From Takakia lepidozioides (lineage: Eukaryota; Plantae; Bryophyta): 64,000 nucleotides of DNA. Made by a program: the position numbers and the translations under genes. Positions within the stretch are counted from its first letter, which is position 1, and each line of letters begins with the position of its first letter. Positions 1 to 13,259 of the stretch are shown here, in pieces. The notes under the pieces were generated by a model. The model ran no database searches and was not told the DNA's origin. It saw only the letters and a list, made by a program, of their open reading frames with translations. Where the stretch lies: the NCBI GenBank assembly GCA_030704615.1, contig CM060731.1, forward strand, positions 24,924,001 to 24,988,000. Direction: 5' to 3'.

Positions 1-2119
1 TATGCTTCAAGTGGTGATTATCATCAGCATTTATCAGCTTGGATTCTTACATCTACCCAAACGCTACCTCTCAAGATTTGAAAGCAGACTCCCCAATGTC
101 ATCGAGGACGTGAATCTCGATAATTTAATGAGGAATTATATTCCTCAAGCTTCACGTTAACCCAATTCCCGCAGAAACCCATAGAATTGTGTCCTCCCAG
201 GGCATCCTGTTATTGGTCCCACCGTCCTCAGATCCAAGCCCAGGGCACGAGAAATATCATTTCAACCCCATTCATATCTCCACACGAAAAACAGAATGAT
301 ACTTTTGAGGCAAACAACGATTAGGAAATGAAACACAGAATAGAATGTTCCACACAAGTCTCATACTACTTCTCCTAGGAAAGTGCAAACAAAATAAAGG
401 AAAAGCGGTTTACAGATACTGAAGATGTTTTTGGGCACTAGCTGGAACATCTTGCTTGTGGAGAGACGTGGAAGGAGAGAGGGTTGAATGAACTAGAGTG
501 GTTGAGAGGCCAGATGTTGGAAGTGGTGCTTCCACAATGCTACGAGCTTGAGAGAGTGAATGCCCCCTCCATAGAAGATGCTTCTCTGAGGTGTAAGTGC
601 CACCTGAAGTGCACCTGAGACATTAAAACTATTCGTTGAACCTCTTGCATTCTTATTCAACTGTACATCCGTAAGCGAGAATGGTGACAGTTGCACCGCA
701 TGTCGTTGCATCCGATTCATTCAAAGTGGGGTATCTGGAAATTGAATCTGTCTTTGGTTCTGGGAGTGGATTGTAGAGCATAATGGGCTTGGAATCCTCA
801 TACTGCAGCCAGTCCCCATTTTGAAATGAAAAAAGGTTTTGCAGCATCCACCATGTCCATCCTAGCTCGGTGTGTGAAACTCCTCCGCGCTCAAGGACGC
901 GGGGGCATCATCCTCCCTTCCCGCGCACATCTCCCGGTTATTTTCGGGCAATCTGGGCAGGGTACAAAAACATTGATGTTGATGATATGGCTACGAAACA
1001 TGGCAACGATGACATGGCACTATGGCACCCTATTCCTGCTCTATGCTAAACTAGCTTCAGACCTTCTGTCGTCGCTAGAATGAAAAAAGAGAAAAAAAGA
1101 AAAATTTGCAGCATGGAAGGATTCTCTGAGTAGTCTCTACTGTACTCCAGTTTACGCTCTTGGCCTTGTTTGCTGGCAACACAACAGTTTGTGATTGGAG
1201 AGACTAATGGGCTGTAGTTGGACAGTGGGCATGGGAGGAAAGGAGCCTGAGTTGAATGAGCACGCAGGCTGGTCAATGGCTCCCACAGTTTGAGGTGCGT
1301 GCTGCAAATCCTGTGCGGTAACTTGCTACCGAGTTGCACTGGCCTTGAGTTGACTGCTTGTCAAGTGCTGACACTCCAGTCATGGAACAGATGGCGGCAC
1401 GCACACTCTATAACTCTATAACTTATTGCTATTATTCTGAGCATTTTGTAGCCGTTAAGGGTCTTTAGATTTCTCTCTCTCTCTTCTCTTCTCTATCTCA
1501 AGTTATTATTAGTCCTGAAATTGTTGAGTGCAGCACAATTGATGCTGCACTCTTCCATGCTGCTGCCGAGCTACAGGCCTGCCCCCCCCAAAGCGCAGGG
1601 ATTGCAGAGGCTCATTACTGAGGGACTGGAGAGTCGACAACAAGCTGCCCAAAACTGTGGCTCCCTGCATCCATGACACCGAGGCAGTGGCCATGAAATA
1701 TTTGCATGGCCCTGTCCAGAGCGCATGAGACGATGTGTGCCTCAATTCCTTGTCAGTAAATAAGAGCTCTGTCTGTGGACGATGGCAGAGTTTGAACGGA
1801 TGAATAAAAATAATATCTTCATCTGGAATACGAGCGTAGAATTTGGCGGGCGACGTGGAGCAGTTGTGGGTGACGGCGCAGCGACAGATGGGTTGGCGAG
1901 AGAGAAAAAAGGTTTCTAGAAGAGAACACCATGCAGACGATGAGGGATTTCCGGTAGAGTTCTTCTGTCTGCTTGAAGCGATTGTTGTCAGAGTCTTGCC
2001 TTGATCTTGTGTTTCTGGAGAACAAGGAGGATCTCCTGTGCTACTCTTGTGCTACTCTTGTGCTGTCCATTTGAATGGTCACGTTGGGGAGAGACCAGGG
2101 TGAACGGCTGAGCGGAAGC

Positions 2120-3340
2120 ATGGGGCGGAACAAGATTGCGATTGCACACATCAAGAGTGATGCCTCGCGGGCAGTAACCTATAGCAAACGCAAGAAGGGG
2201 CTGCTGAAGAAGGTGAAGGAGCTATCGGTGTTGTGCGGTGTGGAAGTATGCTTAATGTGTCATCCTCAGGTGGGTGCCTCTCTCACATGGGGCACACCAG
2301 GCGTGGGTGCAGTGATAGCGCGTTACAAGAGTGTAGCCTCCGAGGAGCGCGAGAAGCGCAAACTTGACAACACTACGCTGCTCCACCAAACCATCCAAAA
2401 GATCGCCGCAGATTTTCACCACCTGGTGGACCAGAATCAGAAGTTGGCTAAAAACCTAGAGGACCCACTCTGGGACCATCGCCTCAATTCTTATGGGTTC
2501 GGCGAACTGAAGGAAATCGCCCATCAAATTTTTCTCAAGAAGAAGGAAGTTTCTGAACGTCTTGCGCTGATCAGCAGCCAACGCGAGCAGACGTTCGCCC
2601 TCAACCAAGATCACATGACATCTGTTCTGCAGCAAAGTTCTCCGTTCAATCAAAAAGAGAATGCAGCGGACTGCCAAGTGGACTTTTGCTTCACAGACGA
2701 ATCTTCCTCCATGTTACAAGAGCATGGAGACACCCAAAGAAATGCTTTCCAGTATCTTACTTCAAGCCTTCCCTTCGGTTGCAGCCAAGATGTTTCAGCC
2801 GAGGCCCTTGGTCTGCAGCCAGCCTACAACCCTGTGCTGAGTAACTTCTTGGGACTCCAACCTTTACGGGGTATGTGCCCTACCGTAGGGCCTTGTAATG
2901 TTACTAGTGGTTGCAATGATTTAGATCCTGGCAGCTTGCCGTTTGATAGACAGAGAGAGCCACTGTCAGCTTCCATTCCCTCCATGTTTCCTGGGCATCA
3001 GATTCTCGACTGTGTTGCCTTATCTCAACAGCCAACACCCAATTCCAGTGACAGTGATACTTTGCAGCTAGCTGTGTCGAGGGGAGTTGACTGCAATTAT
3101 ATACCCCAAGATGTGGCTTGGTATGGACCAAATTCAGAACAACACACACCTGATGCCAACTTAGGCAATATTTATGTTTCACGGGGAGTGCAGTTTCCCA
3201 TTGAACTTCAGGATAGCTGGCAAGATTGCTTCTCCAGTTCGTCCGCAGGACCTCAACTAGGAGGACAACAACACCAGCTCTTGCAGTCAGACGCTATATA
3301 CACAGTGGCATTTCCATCCATGCGGGAGCCTGGCTGCTAG
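2120..3340 (+). CDS. Type I MADS-box transcription factor, intronless
   Basis: MGRNKIAIAHIKSDASRAVTYSKRKKGLLKKVKELSVLCGVEVCLM is a MADS domain. It is followed by a coiled-coil and a low-complexity Q/S/P-rich tail in one exon. An in-frame upstream ATG lies at 2075; the conventional MGR start is at 2120. Confidence 0.92.
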   Translation: MGRNKIAIAHIKSDASRAVTYSKRKKGLLKKVKELSVLCGVEVCLMCHPQVGASLTWGTPGVGAVIARYKSVASEEREKRKLDNTTLLHQTIQKIAADFHHLVDQNQKLAKNLEDPLWDHRLNSYGFGELKEIAHQIFLKKKEVSERLALISSQREQTFALNQDHMTSVLQQSSPFNQKENAADCQVDFCFTDESSSMLQEHGDTQRNAFQYLTSSLPFGCSQDVSAEALGLQPAYNPVLSNFLGLQPLRGMCPTVGPCNVTSGCNDLDPGSLPFDRQREPLSASIPSMFPGHQILDCVALSQQPTPNSSDSDTLQLAVSRGVDCNYIPQDVAWYGPNSEQHTPDANLGNIYVSRGVQFPIELQDSWQDCFSSSSAGPQLGGQQHQLLQSDAIYTVAFPSMREPGC

Positions 3341-4199
3341 GCTTGCTTCGCTGATTTGCATGCTTTAGCTGCAAGATTAGTGATGTTCATTTTTTGATAC
3401 ACTGGTACTGCTGAGCTCTACTCTTTTTCTCTGGGGATTTCCTAGAGTTTTTAGTTCCCTGTTATTCTCGATAAGTTGCACAGCGGTCTGGATTATAAGT
3501 ACTCGGGAATGTTTCTGTATACCATGTACATGTAACAGTGTAGGATTATTCACAGCATCTCACATCACACACATAGTATTGAGTGATGCATGCTACTCAG
3601 CTCTTGTGCAAATTCAAATCTGTTATGTTTAGTTATTGTACATGCAATACTACTAATGCAAATCGTTTGTACACCAAGGTCTTTGTTGGTGATGTTCTAG
3701 ATCTATCATCAAGTGCAAGTAAGGTCTGCAGTATGGCAACAATAACAGTTTCATATAACTAGCTGCTTAATTTCTGTTTGGGTGTATATAGATAGGCATC
3801 AGAAGTCTTCTTGGGATAGACACTGGAGAAGGGAAGGATGAAAATTGAGAAACTCATAGTTTGGTTACTTGACTTCGGTTAATGGACTATCTCAAAATTC
3901 TTCAACAGATGTTTGGTACCATCCACACAGAAAAAACACAGTCACGAACTTTAAAAAAAGGGATCGGGAACGAAGCTTAGTTAATCAAATTAAAACGAGG
4001 GGAAATGACCTCCTAGGCCATAAGGAGTACAGAGCAAGGCCACTTCCGCACTGCAGAGATCAAAACACAATCTAGTCGCCTGATTCCAACAACCTTCAAA
4101 GAAGAGTGGTTCCAACATAACAGGTGAAGATGATTGTGAAACCAATGAACTGGCAGTTACGCAAAGGTTATCCCACTCCTTTTCAAATTAGCCAAGTGC

Positions 4200-7100
4200 T
4201 CAATTCACATTAGCCAGTGCAGAATTGAGGGGGTCCACATACTTGGGACTTAGATGGGTACCATCCAGCTTCAACTCATCCAGTAGCTCACCTGCATTTC
4301 AGCAGCTCACCTCAGTTCCATATGAATTTGCTAAACACATCCATAGAGGCTTGAAAGTACAAAAGAGAAAGAATCATCAGAAATTAGAACTCCACCATGC
4401 AAACAGTTGCCAAAGACGACAAAAAAAAAAACGAGCCTCAAAGAAATGTGGTTCGCTGGAAGAGAAGAGAGTATTCTTGCCACGGGATGGTGGCCATAAC
4501 CATTGGCGAATTTGAGTAGACTAGAGGGGGGAGAGAGGTTGGAGGAGAGTAGTATGGGTGTTGGTGCCATCAGGTTAGCTTCACCCAAGTTCCTTGAACT
4601 AAGGTTTTAGAGAGAGGAAGACAAACTTCATGACACCAAAAGCAATGTCACAGATTAGCACCTTCAGGAGTTAGCATATTAGAGAAAAAGTCCAGCCAAT
4701 GCAAGTGTTTCCCATAAAGGCTGGTTTGCTGTATCTCCAGCAAGCGTGTTTGGAGAACCCGATTGAACATGCGGACAACAGGCCTGGTTTCAGGAAGAAC
4801 AGGGGGCACGGGATGCACAAATATTTCAAACTTGCACTCTTGGATGAGGTGCAAGAGCTGCTGCAAGTAGATGCCCACGCTCACCTCCACACCTTCTTCC
4901 ACATCCTGGCCACCTCAGGATACAGCCCTATCTTAGCTTCCTTGCACAACTGACTCAACGGAACAGCACAATGTAATCACAAGGTGCAATTTCACTTTCA
5001 AACTCAAGTACCTCAAGAATACTTGAATGTGGAAGAACAGACACTCCATTGCAACCTGGAAGTTGACGTTTGCCTGTTTCAAAGCCAGAGCTGATCGAGA
5101 TACTGCTTTCTACATGCTTTACTTGGGACTGTAACAGTCCCGCTACTGATGGAAACAGACAAGCTGAGAAAGTTCACCTTATAGCGGCACTTTTCAACAG
5201 AGACCAGGATGCCCTCACGGCAATCAATCTCTCCAAACAACATTATCAGTTGGGAACCCTGGGCAACACTGCGCATGGCAGCATGGAAAGCAGACTTAGG
5301 ATAGAAACGACTGTCCTCACGGAGGTGCCACACTTTGAGGCCTGTTACCAGCAATGGCACGAGCAGGCGGGTCTCATCTCTCAACTTCACTGTCCTCCAT
5401 GCCGCTGATAGGCAATGGCTGTCTCCAGCCAAGTACAACGGCATTTGCTCCTCCAAAGGTGGTATTGAATACTCTTGCAGTATCTGTAATACAGGCAACA
5501 GTCAGTTGTCCAATTCATCCTAAAGGCAGCTAGAAGTAGTGTCCACTTAATCCTAGCAATTTTTCCTGCCACTTCCAAGCCAATCTAGAAAGAGGAAAGA
5601 CTAGAGGCCAACCTGATGGACACACCCAAAGTAGGCTGCCTCGTTCCGCACCAGCGTATGATGCAGGGGGGTTATGGATGCCAGACGTGCTGGCTCCACC
5701 AGGGCTCCCAAGCTTGTGGCTCGGCGCAGAGCCCCACCCAGGTACAGTATTTTCACAACAACAAACAAAATTGCAAGAGCATCCAGTTGCTCCTCATTAT
5801 ATGCCACTTTCATGTCATCAGCTGCCACCTTCGTTGGAACTAATCTGAATTCTCCAGTCTGGTCACACAAAGAACTGGTGCTGTCACAACACTTTTGAAC
5901 AAATGCCTTGGGTTGTTTGTGTGCTGTTTCTGGTTCATTTTTTCCTCAGTGTTTCCACCCATCTGGGTCCACCACAAGAAGTCTTAGGTCTGACGTGGTT
6001 CAATCATAGACAATCCACATGTATGCAAGCATTTGTGTAGACATACTCCCACAAAGAAACATACAGTGTCAGCACAGAAACAGCACACACACAACTATGC
6101 AGTTGTTGGGGTAACCTTGCTATGACAATTTTGCAAGAGCCCATCAGCCTTTTCATCTGCAGGTGGCCAATCGTAGAATCTAAGGAACTCTGCCCCAGCA
6201 TTCATTGGTGAAATGGGAGAGTTCAACACATCGTCCAAAGGTAAACCCTCCAGATATGGTTGGACATCACTGCAACCCACCAGCAAACAGGCTCTTCTCA
6301 GTAAATACAGTATTGTTATCTGTGAATGGGTTTTGTACACCTAGGGTACGAGGCTCTAAATTGATGACATACAGGATATATATCTGAGCTAAGACAAAGC
6401 AAGTCTTCCCAAATCCCAGTTGAGTGTGCACAGTATGAGTCCTCAAATTACTCATACTGCACTAAAGTAAAGACTCCCCATTGAGAAACAAGGTAGTCAA
6501 ATGCAACACTAGTCTGCTGGGTCCTGTTTGTTGCTGAGAGGGAAACATGAGAGATGAGTCTGCTTGCAGCAACAGACGAGGTCAGTAGGTGAAGGGAGCT
6601 GAAAATTATTAGGAGGGGAGTATGGACAACAAAAAGGGGCCCAAGAATCTTAGAAGGTTCACTACAACTGTGAGACTACCTTGAAAAATAAAGTTGACTC
6701 TTGGTCTTCCAGCTCTGAGCTCTTTGCCATAGAATCAATTCGCAGCAAATAGTCACCCCAGAATTCAGATTCAAGGGGCTCTAATCTCAATTTCCTCTAG
6801 GAGACGTACCCACTAGACTTTGCTTACCCTAGCTTCGTTGCCATAGGCCTTGCATCCAGTTTGTATGGAAGAAGGAGAGCCACAGAGAATATGTATTTTT
6901 CCTGGTTCTCAGCTATACAACGAATGGGACTTTTGATTTGAGTCATCACTAGGGATGATACAAGATAGGTCAAATATACTGTACCGTAAGTGGATCCCAG
7001 CCAAGCCGAAATCTGGGAGGTTGTCACACAGGGACGCTGCTTTTTCAAGAGCACCTACATACTTGTTTGAGACCTGAAATTGGCCCAAGTCGAGAAAACA

Positions 7101-10100
7101 CTAATCAAACACAAAATCTGCACCTTCTCATACAAGGTTTACAAGAACACTCCAATAACAGCTGGAATTCACACAAAAAACGGACTTAAGAGAATGTATA
7201 TGCAATCCACTAACCTCCAGGAGATGCATGAGGTTCAGCACATAACTAGGCTTGTACGGAATGAGGGATAGCGCCAGCTCATACAGCTGTTCTGATTCAT
7301 CAATTGCTGCACAGTGGCACAGCCAAGCTTGGTGAGCTTCTGTGATAACAAGGGCAGCCATGCCTACTAAACCCACAGTCTTCCCTTTGCTAATTAGAGG
7401 ACAGGATAGTTGTCCAAAAGACACGATAAACACCCTATACGACTTGTGTTGTTTCTGGCCCAAACACCTGTTTTGAACTGGAACCATTGGATCAATAACT
7501 CCTGCTTGAGTATAACTATGTGATTGCCTTAAAGCCCATATGCCCTATTGCTTTGATTGCCAAACTTAGCAAACCAGACAAAGTAGATAAGCTACTGTTC
7601 CCTTCTCTTTTTCTTCTCCCGTCCAGGAAAAGATTGCGGTGCGGAGAAAAAGCTACATTGTAGCTAGGCAGGGCCATGTGCATATCCTCTCAACCTACTG
7701 CGCCGACCACTGTTTCCTTACTATTAAGTGATCAGGATGGCAGTTCTTATGTCCAGTGCCAAAGAGCATCCCACTACTCCTGGCTTAACCAACATGATGT
7801 GTGCCCATGTTAAGAAAAACAGATTAGTGAAATATTGATGGGTGGACACAGTAGGTGGCATCTGTACCTCCAAAATCTTTGGTGCAGGAAGCCAGAAAGG
7901 CCAGCACGGCTGGGGCTGCTGATGCTTCAATTTCCAGCTCTGTGCGCAGATATTCCATGCCTGCAGAAATGCTAGGTCGCCACTAGAATACTCGATCAAA
8001 CTGCATGGCGAAGACATGCAGACTCGAACTGATATATTGGAGACTCACTTACAGAACCAATTCTGACAACACACAGCCATAAGAAAGAAAAAGAATGGTC
8101 CCATAAGAAAAGCAAATGACACCCCACAAACATTTAAAGACCTTAAGAGTTGCACAGGAAAAACCCCAGGACCCACAGACAGTCTACTACAACTAATTTG
8201 CTTTAGGCTAGTAATCCTGTCAAACCTTTCGGTTGTTGCAGCACAGTGGTCAGGTGAGAGCGCACGCCCCTGTGATCTGCAACCATTGACAAACATGCCA
8301 GCTTAGATTCACAACTTCATTTCACTTCACCACATGTAGTACAAAATACGCAACAATCATTTTGACCTGACATTGAAGCACTCTTTTCTCCTTTATGAAT
8401 ATATCTTGTGAGTCAGATCACTCACCAGGTTTTGCAATGAGAAGCTTCAGGAATATTTGCAAAGCGTCCCTTGTAAGATCTGCTCCAGAAAGCAAAACAC
8501 CCTTTAGAGGTAAGTCCGGCTCAACAAATCACAGCCTCAGCTTGTCACCACAAGAAATTCACACAATCACAAGTGAATGCCTATGCTGTATAGAGCCTTG
8601 GTATCTTCATAAAAAGAAAATGCAATGGTCGTACAAACAGAAACTTGGAGACCAACAGTCTGGAGAAGGGGACAGTGTACCACGCCGAAGGACAAGGATG
8701 CCATACTCATACAAGGCCCCCCAGTGTGATGGATCATTCTTCAGTATTGTCTGCTCTCCATAGCCGAAGGAGTCCCAATCCAACCATGACATGTTATTGT
8801 CTTACATTTGACATGAAGACCGAAATATCTATAAACACCATGTCATTGTCATAGGAGAGAAATGAAATGAAATGAAATGGTGCTTTATAACGTCCACGGA
8901 AAGCTCATAGAGCTTATGGGACAAAATGGAAGAAAACATGAGAGAGGAAACAAAAACCAGAGCCAGAGAAAAAAACTAAAAACTAGGAGAGAGAAAGCAT
9001 TTGACCACTGTGCAGAAAGTATGTAGTGGCTTGGCACAACAACTCAAAAATCCACCATCACCTCACTTGATCACATACACATCCTCTCCAAACTTTACAG
9101 TACCATGAGAAGGTGGTATGCAGCTGCCTCCTCTCCCATTTTCAAAAGAACTCGTGCTGATGCAACCTACCAGCCACCACTCACATGTCAGACTGAACTT
9201 CACTTTGCAGATTACATATCACGGATTTTTAAGGGGGAAAAGGGGTGGCAAATGAATAGCTGAGTCTTGCAAAATTCTCCGTATTTACCTGCAAGCTGTT
9301 ACCCCTTTGGAACTTTCCAGGCATTAAATCATGCCGGATATAGTGTAGTCCATCTTCTGACAGGGTGAAAGGCATCACCACACAAGACTAGGCATGGAGA
9401 TCTTGGGAAGTGAGAAATGAAATGAAATGGTGCTTTATAACGTCCGCGGAAAGCTCATAGAGCTTATGGGAAGTGAGAGAAAGACAATACATAATTCATG
9501 GCATGTAAATGCTCACAAGCCATTTAGAAGATAGTATCAGGGGCTAGAAGTCTTGACCTGTAGGTGGTTTTGACATTTAAACATGGAATTTATCTGTACT
9601 ATTCTTTCATTAATAAAGTCATTGACAACCTACTTGCCTTTAGACTTTCCAGAGAGACAGAACCCTGGAGGTCACCAGCATCTGCATCATCCACTGCTTG
9701 CTTGTCCTGCTTTGGTTTATGGGATGCAACCTCAAACAATGTATTACTTATCACACTTCTGCCAGAGAGGGTTCTGTCTTCTGCAACTGCAGACAGTTTC
9801 AAGAGATTCTGGTCCAAAACAAGGCCCACAGCACGATCATAGTGGCGAAGAGCTGCCGTAAGTTCCCCTTTTCCAAAGTAAGCATCTGCTAGCCTGCATA
9901 AAGAGAAATTATTATCAACCATTTGCCCTAAAAACACCTAGGTTGAAGATGTATCTGCGGTCTGTTCTGGTGATTGCTAATGACTGATCCTCCTCAAATT
10001 CCAACCTGCCCCAGTGACCTATTGGTAGCACCCAAAACTGGAAGTGTTGGAAGTAGTATCATAGGCAGCAGATACCTTGTGTGAGAGAGCACATCAGTCG

Positions 10101-11300
10101 GGTATGCAATCACAGCCCGCTCCAGCCATGTGATTGCCTCATCAAACTTGCCAATTATCAGTGCCATTGACCCTGCTCATCACAACACACTCTCAGCTCG
10201 TCCAGTCCCTCCCAAAAACACTTTTGAGCTGTCAATCTCATGACCACAGAAGCAAACATGAAGTGGAAATCCTAATGACCGCATTGTGTACATGGCTGAC
10301 TATCAAGTAGAAAGGACCACCATCATTGAATACAACAGCAGATTCTGGACGCCCTCTGAAGAAGGGGCACGAATACCTAGTCCTCGCAGGCACATTTTCT
10401 GATCAGGTAGCACCTCCAGCAGCCCTCTGAAGATGACCCCTGCATTCTGCCCACCAACATTCTGTACGATAAGCCTCAACCTCACATTCTTGTCAGAGGG
10501 CACTGGGAAAGACTGTTACTACGTGTACAGCAGGGGCAGACTTGATCGACCTCATCCCTATGGTCTTCTCGGAGCAACAAGGATGTCCAGCAGGAAAAAC
10601 TGGCTGAAAAGATGCACATGAACTCTCAAAGCACAGGACTTGCTAAATCCCTGTTAAATTTCCAGTTAAAAAGTCACCAGGAACAAGGCAAGCCACATGA
10701 ACTCTGCAAGCCATGTCAACCCAGAAAGCAGCTACATCTTGACAATAACCTTGTATTTCTGTGCCTGCTGCAATTCAAGAGCCTTTGAAAGAAGTTTCAG
10801 TGATACGGGGATTTCCAGGGCCTGCACTTCCCAACCACACAATGTGAAACAGTGCCCAGTAAAACATAGATCAGCGACATGATCCTTTCCCATTTATCAT
10901 TCCCTCAAAATGTTGGCTGCTGCCTAGTTGCATTATCTTCAGACACTGGCCCCAAGTAAGCTCACACTAGAATGGCTTTCTGTATGCACCATCTGACACA
11001 CAAAAACCATATGAAAGAAACTCTACCTATTTCCATGTGCTTGAGTTTGAACTCTCTCAATAACAAAGAAGAAAGAATGGCACCAACATGTAGAAAAGAA
11101 TAATATCTGTGCACGGTCATTTTGTGTTTCTCAAATATTCAGATTAAGAGAGCCTACCAAAGCTGAGGTATCCTCCTTAGATAAATGCTGTAACCCCTCA
11201 TCCAAATTTGCAACAGCTTGGCATGGCACTTCTGAGCTCATCCCCTCCTTACGCCCCTCAATTTGTTGCATCATGGGATTGTTTTCTGTTGGATATCCTG
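4200..11300 (-). CDS. Multi-exon TPR-repeat protein with C-terminal SGNH/GDSL-like hydrolase domain (5' end uncertain)
   Basis: 3' exons traced by GT-AG boundaries: 5613-5844, 5178-5483 (LYLAGDSH; FGEIDCREG), 4662-4905, 4200-4291 (LKLDGTHLSPKY, stop at 4200-4202). Upstream exon fragments are TPR-like: LADAYFGKGELTAALRHYDRAV (~9830-9895), DPSHWGALYEYG (~8700-8740), KFDEAITWLERAV (~10110-10150). Start codon not located. Confidence 0.7.
8859..8921 (-). repeat. Short intronic repeat with (CATTT)n tail, copy 1; probable 3' end of a non-LTR retroelement
   Basis: gaaatgaaatg...gtgctttataacgtccacggaaagctcatagagcttatggga is nearly identical to 9414-9471. Confidence 0.55.
9404..9478 (-). repeat. Short intronic repeat, copy 2, flanked by a 12-bp direct repeat
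   Basis: TGGGAAGTGAGA at 9404-9415 and 9467-9478 brackets the ~50-bp unit and its microsatellite tail. Confidence 0.6.
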
Positions 11301-11853
11301 GTTCTGGAGCCAAGGTTACTTGCTTAACTTCTGCCCATCATGAGACCATTGACGTAATCGTTGGCAACAGCTCGCAGTTCCACAAACAGAATAACAGGGA
11401 TGTACCTACCTCCACACAAAGAAGCAGACACTGGAGTACGGGACAAAGCTGATGCTCGCAGTTCCACAACAAAAAGGTCAGACCTGTGTATGCAACCAGT
11501 TCAAATTTTAGGGCATAACCTCTGACGGTGAAATTGGTAGCTGGTGGAAGTTACTTCAAAAGAACATGCTACAAGTATTTTGGTCGCCAGACACATGTAC
11601 CACACCTGTGCTTCACAGATTTTGTGAGCAGTGCTGAGCCTGGAAGAGACCTACGCCTGCAGCATGAAGAAGAAATTTCTTATTAGGGAAAATGTAGTGA
11701 TCTGAGGACAGAACGTGAAAATTTCTCCACTCAAAGGTCCTCTGCTTTCCCACATCAGGCTACAGGAGACTTGAAGGTCAAAAGTTCAGCCCCAATTCAT
11801 CTGATGACTAAAATGGAGCTGCAAGACCAGTTCAACTTACCGCTCTGTGAGGA

Positions 11854-13259
11854 TTTCAATGCAGGTAACGTCCAGTATGTGTTGTGGGCCATGCTGTATC
11901 ACCATCGTCCATTTGCCACTCAAGTGGTCAGAAACTCAATCGTAGCAAATCCATGCAGGAAATGACGCGAATGTGGAAAATCTTTGGCCTTACACTAGCG
12001 GCCCACCTTGAAATATAAATAGCTCAATGACGTCTAGCTCATGGATCCATTCTCCCAACAGCCAATGGGAAGCCAACGGACTCTGAGGATGGATAGAGTC
12101 CATGGCATACCTTGGCATTATACAAGCTTGCGAAATCCTGTCACCCACACATCACACACGTTTGGTTACATTCCCAAATAGTGTCAATCAAGATTTCATA
12201 GTGCATCATAACAATGATTAATATCAGGGCCTCGCATCCAACCCTGGGGAAGAGGCCTATTGAGGCCAGCTCCCAGCAGCTCCTTTTGCTGCTGTCTCTC
12301 AGCAGCAAAATTAGGGTTCCTCCAACTAGTGTACAGCAACATACTGAGTTCTTGCCTGCATTTGTTTCGATCTATCAAAATAGCTCACAGATAACAGAAG
12401 CAAACAACCAGGCGTTGGATGTGAGAATCCCAGGTGTTGTTATGCCAAGTTAAAAAATTTTTCTCAACTTGACTGAGTTTAATTCTAACGGTAGCAGTAC
12501 ATTGACAACATTCCATTTCCCTTGTAGATCACAAATGCCACATCCCACGACTCCTAATGGAACCAACATGGTGCGTGCATATAATCAAAAGGAAACTTAC
12601 GCCGGAGTTGGTAGCAACTTTGCAGCTGTGAATGTAAGGAGATCAAGACACCTCATGTGGAAGAAGAGAAGAAAGAAATACCTGGGCAAGCTGAGCGACA
12701 GTGAGCGAAGGACGCATCTTGGCGACATAAGTGAATTCAGGTTGCCCCTCATAATGGACGTATACTCTCTCCACCACCATCGCCTATTGTTGACTCAAAT
12801 TTCACTCACTTCTGCTGCCTCTCCCATCCCCTACCTTCTTACAAGAATCTTAGCCTCCCCTTACCCTAGGACTCGATCCAACAGGCCTGGATTCGTCGCG
12901 CCCGCATAGTCGTTCACGCACAGATCATACCAGAAATTCTGTCCATCCTTCCATGCAATTCCATCTGTTTCTCGGTAGAGATCACCTTAATGTGACGGCA
13001 TGGAACTGGCGACTACCAATGAAAACAAGCATCTATTGCTTAGAAATCTAATGTTGTGAATTATGCTTGCCTTGTCGGCCCCTTTGTTTCACCCTGTAAG
13101 ACCCATGGACTGCTCCAACCGAGATGATATAAGCTCATTAGTCACTGTTTGAGATGAAACCTAGGTCGAATTCATGCCTCACATTGATGCTCTTGTGATC
13201 AATTTCAGCCCGATTGTCCATCTCATTGCTTTTGGTATCTCTGTCTTTGCATTTTCCTC
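11854..13259. repeat. Dispersed duplicated degenerate fragment, copy 1
   Basis: Colinear and highly similar to 22931-24014 (both contain caaacaaccaggcgttggatgtgagaatcccaggtgttgttatgccaagttaa). No intact ORF. Confidence 0.85.

Noticed and set aside
160-1000. Cys-rich degenerate minus-strand coding fragment
   Set aside because: Interrupted by stops and has no motif I can assign.
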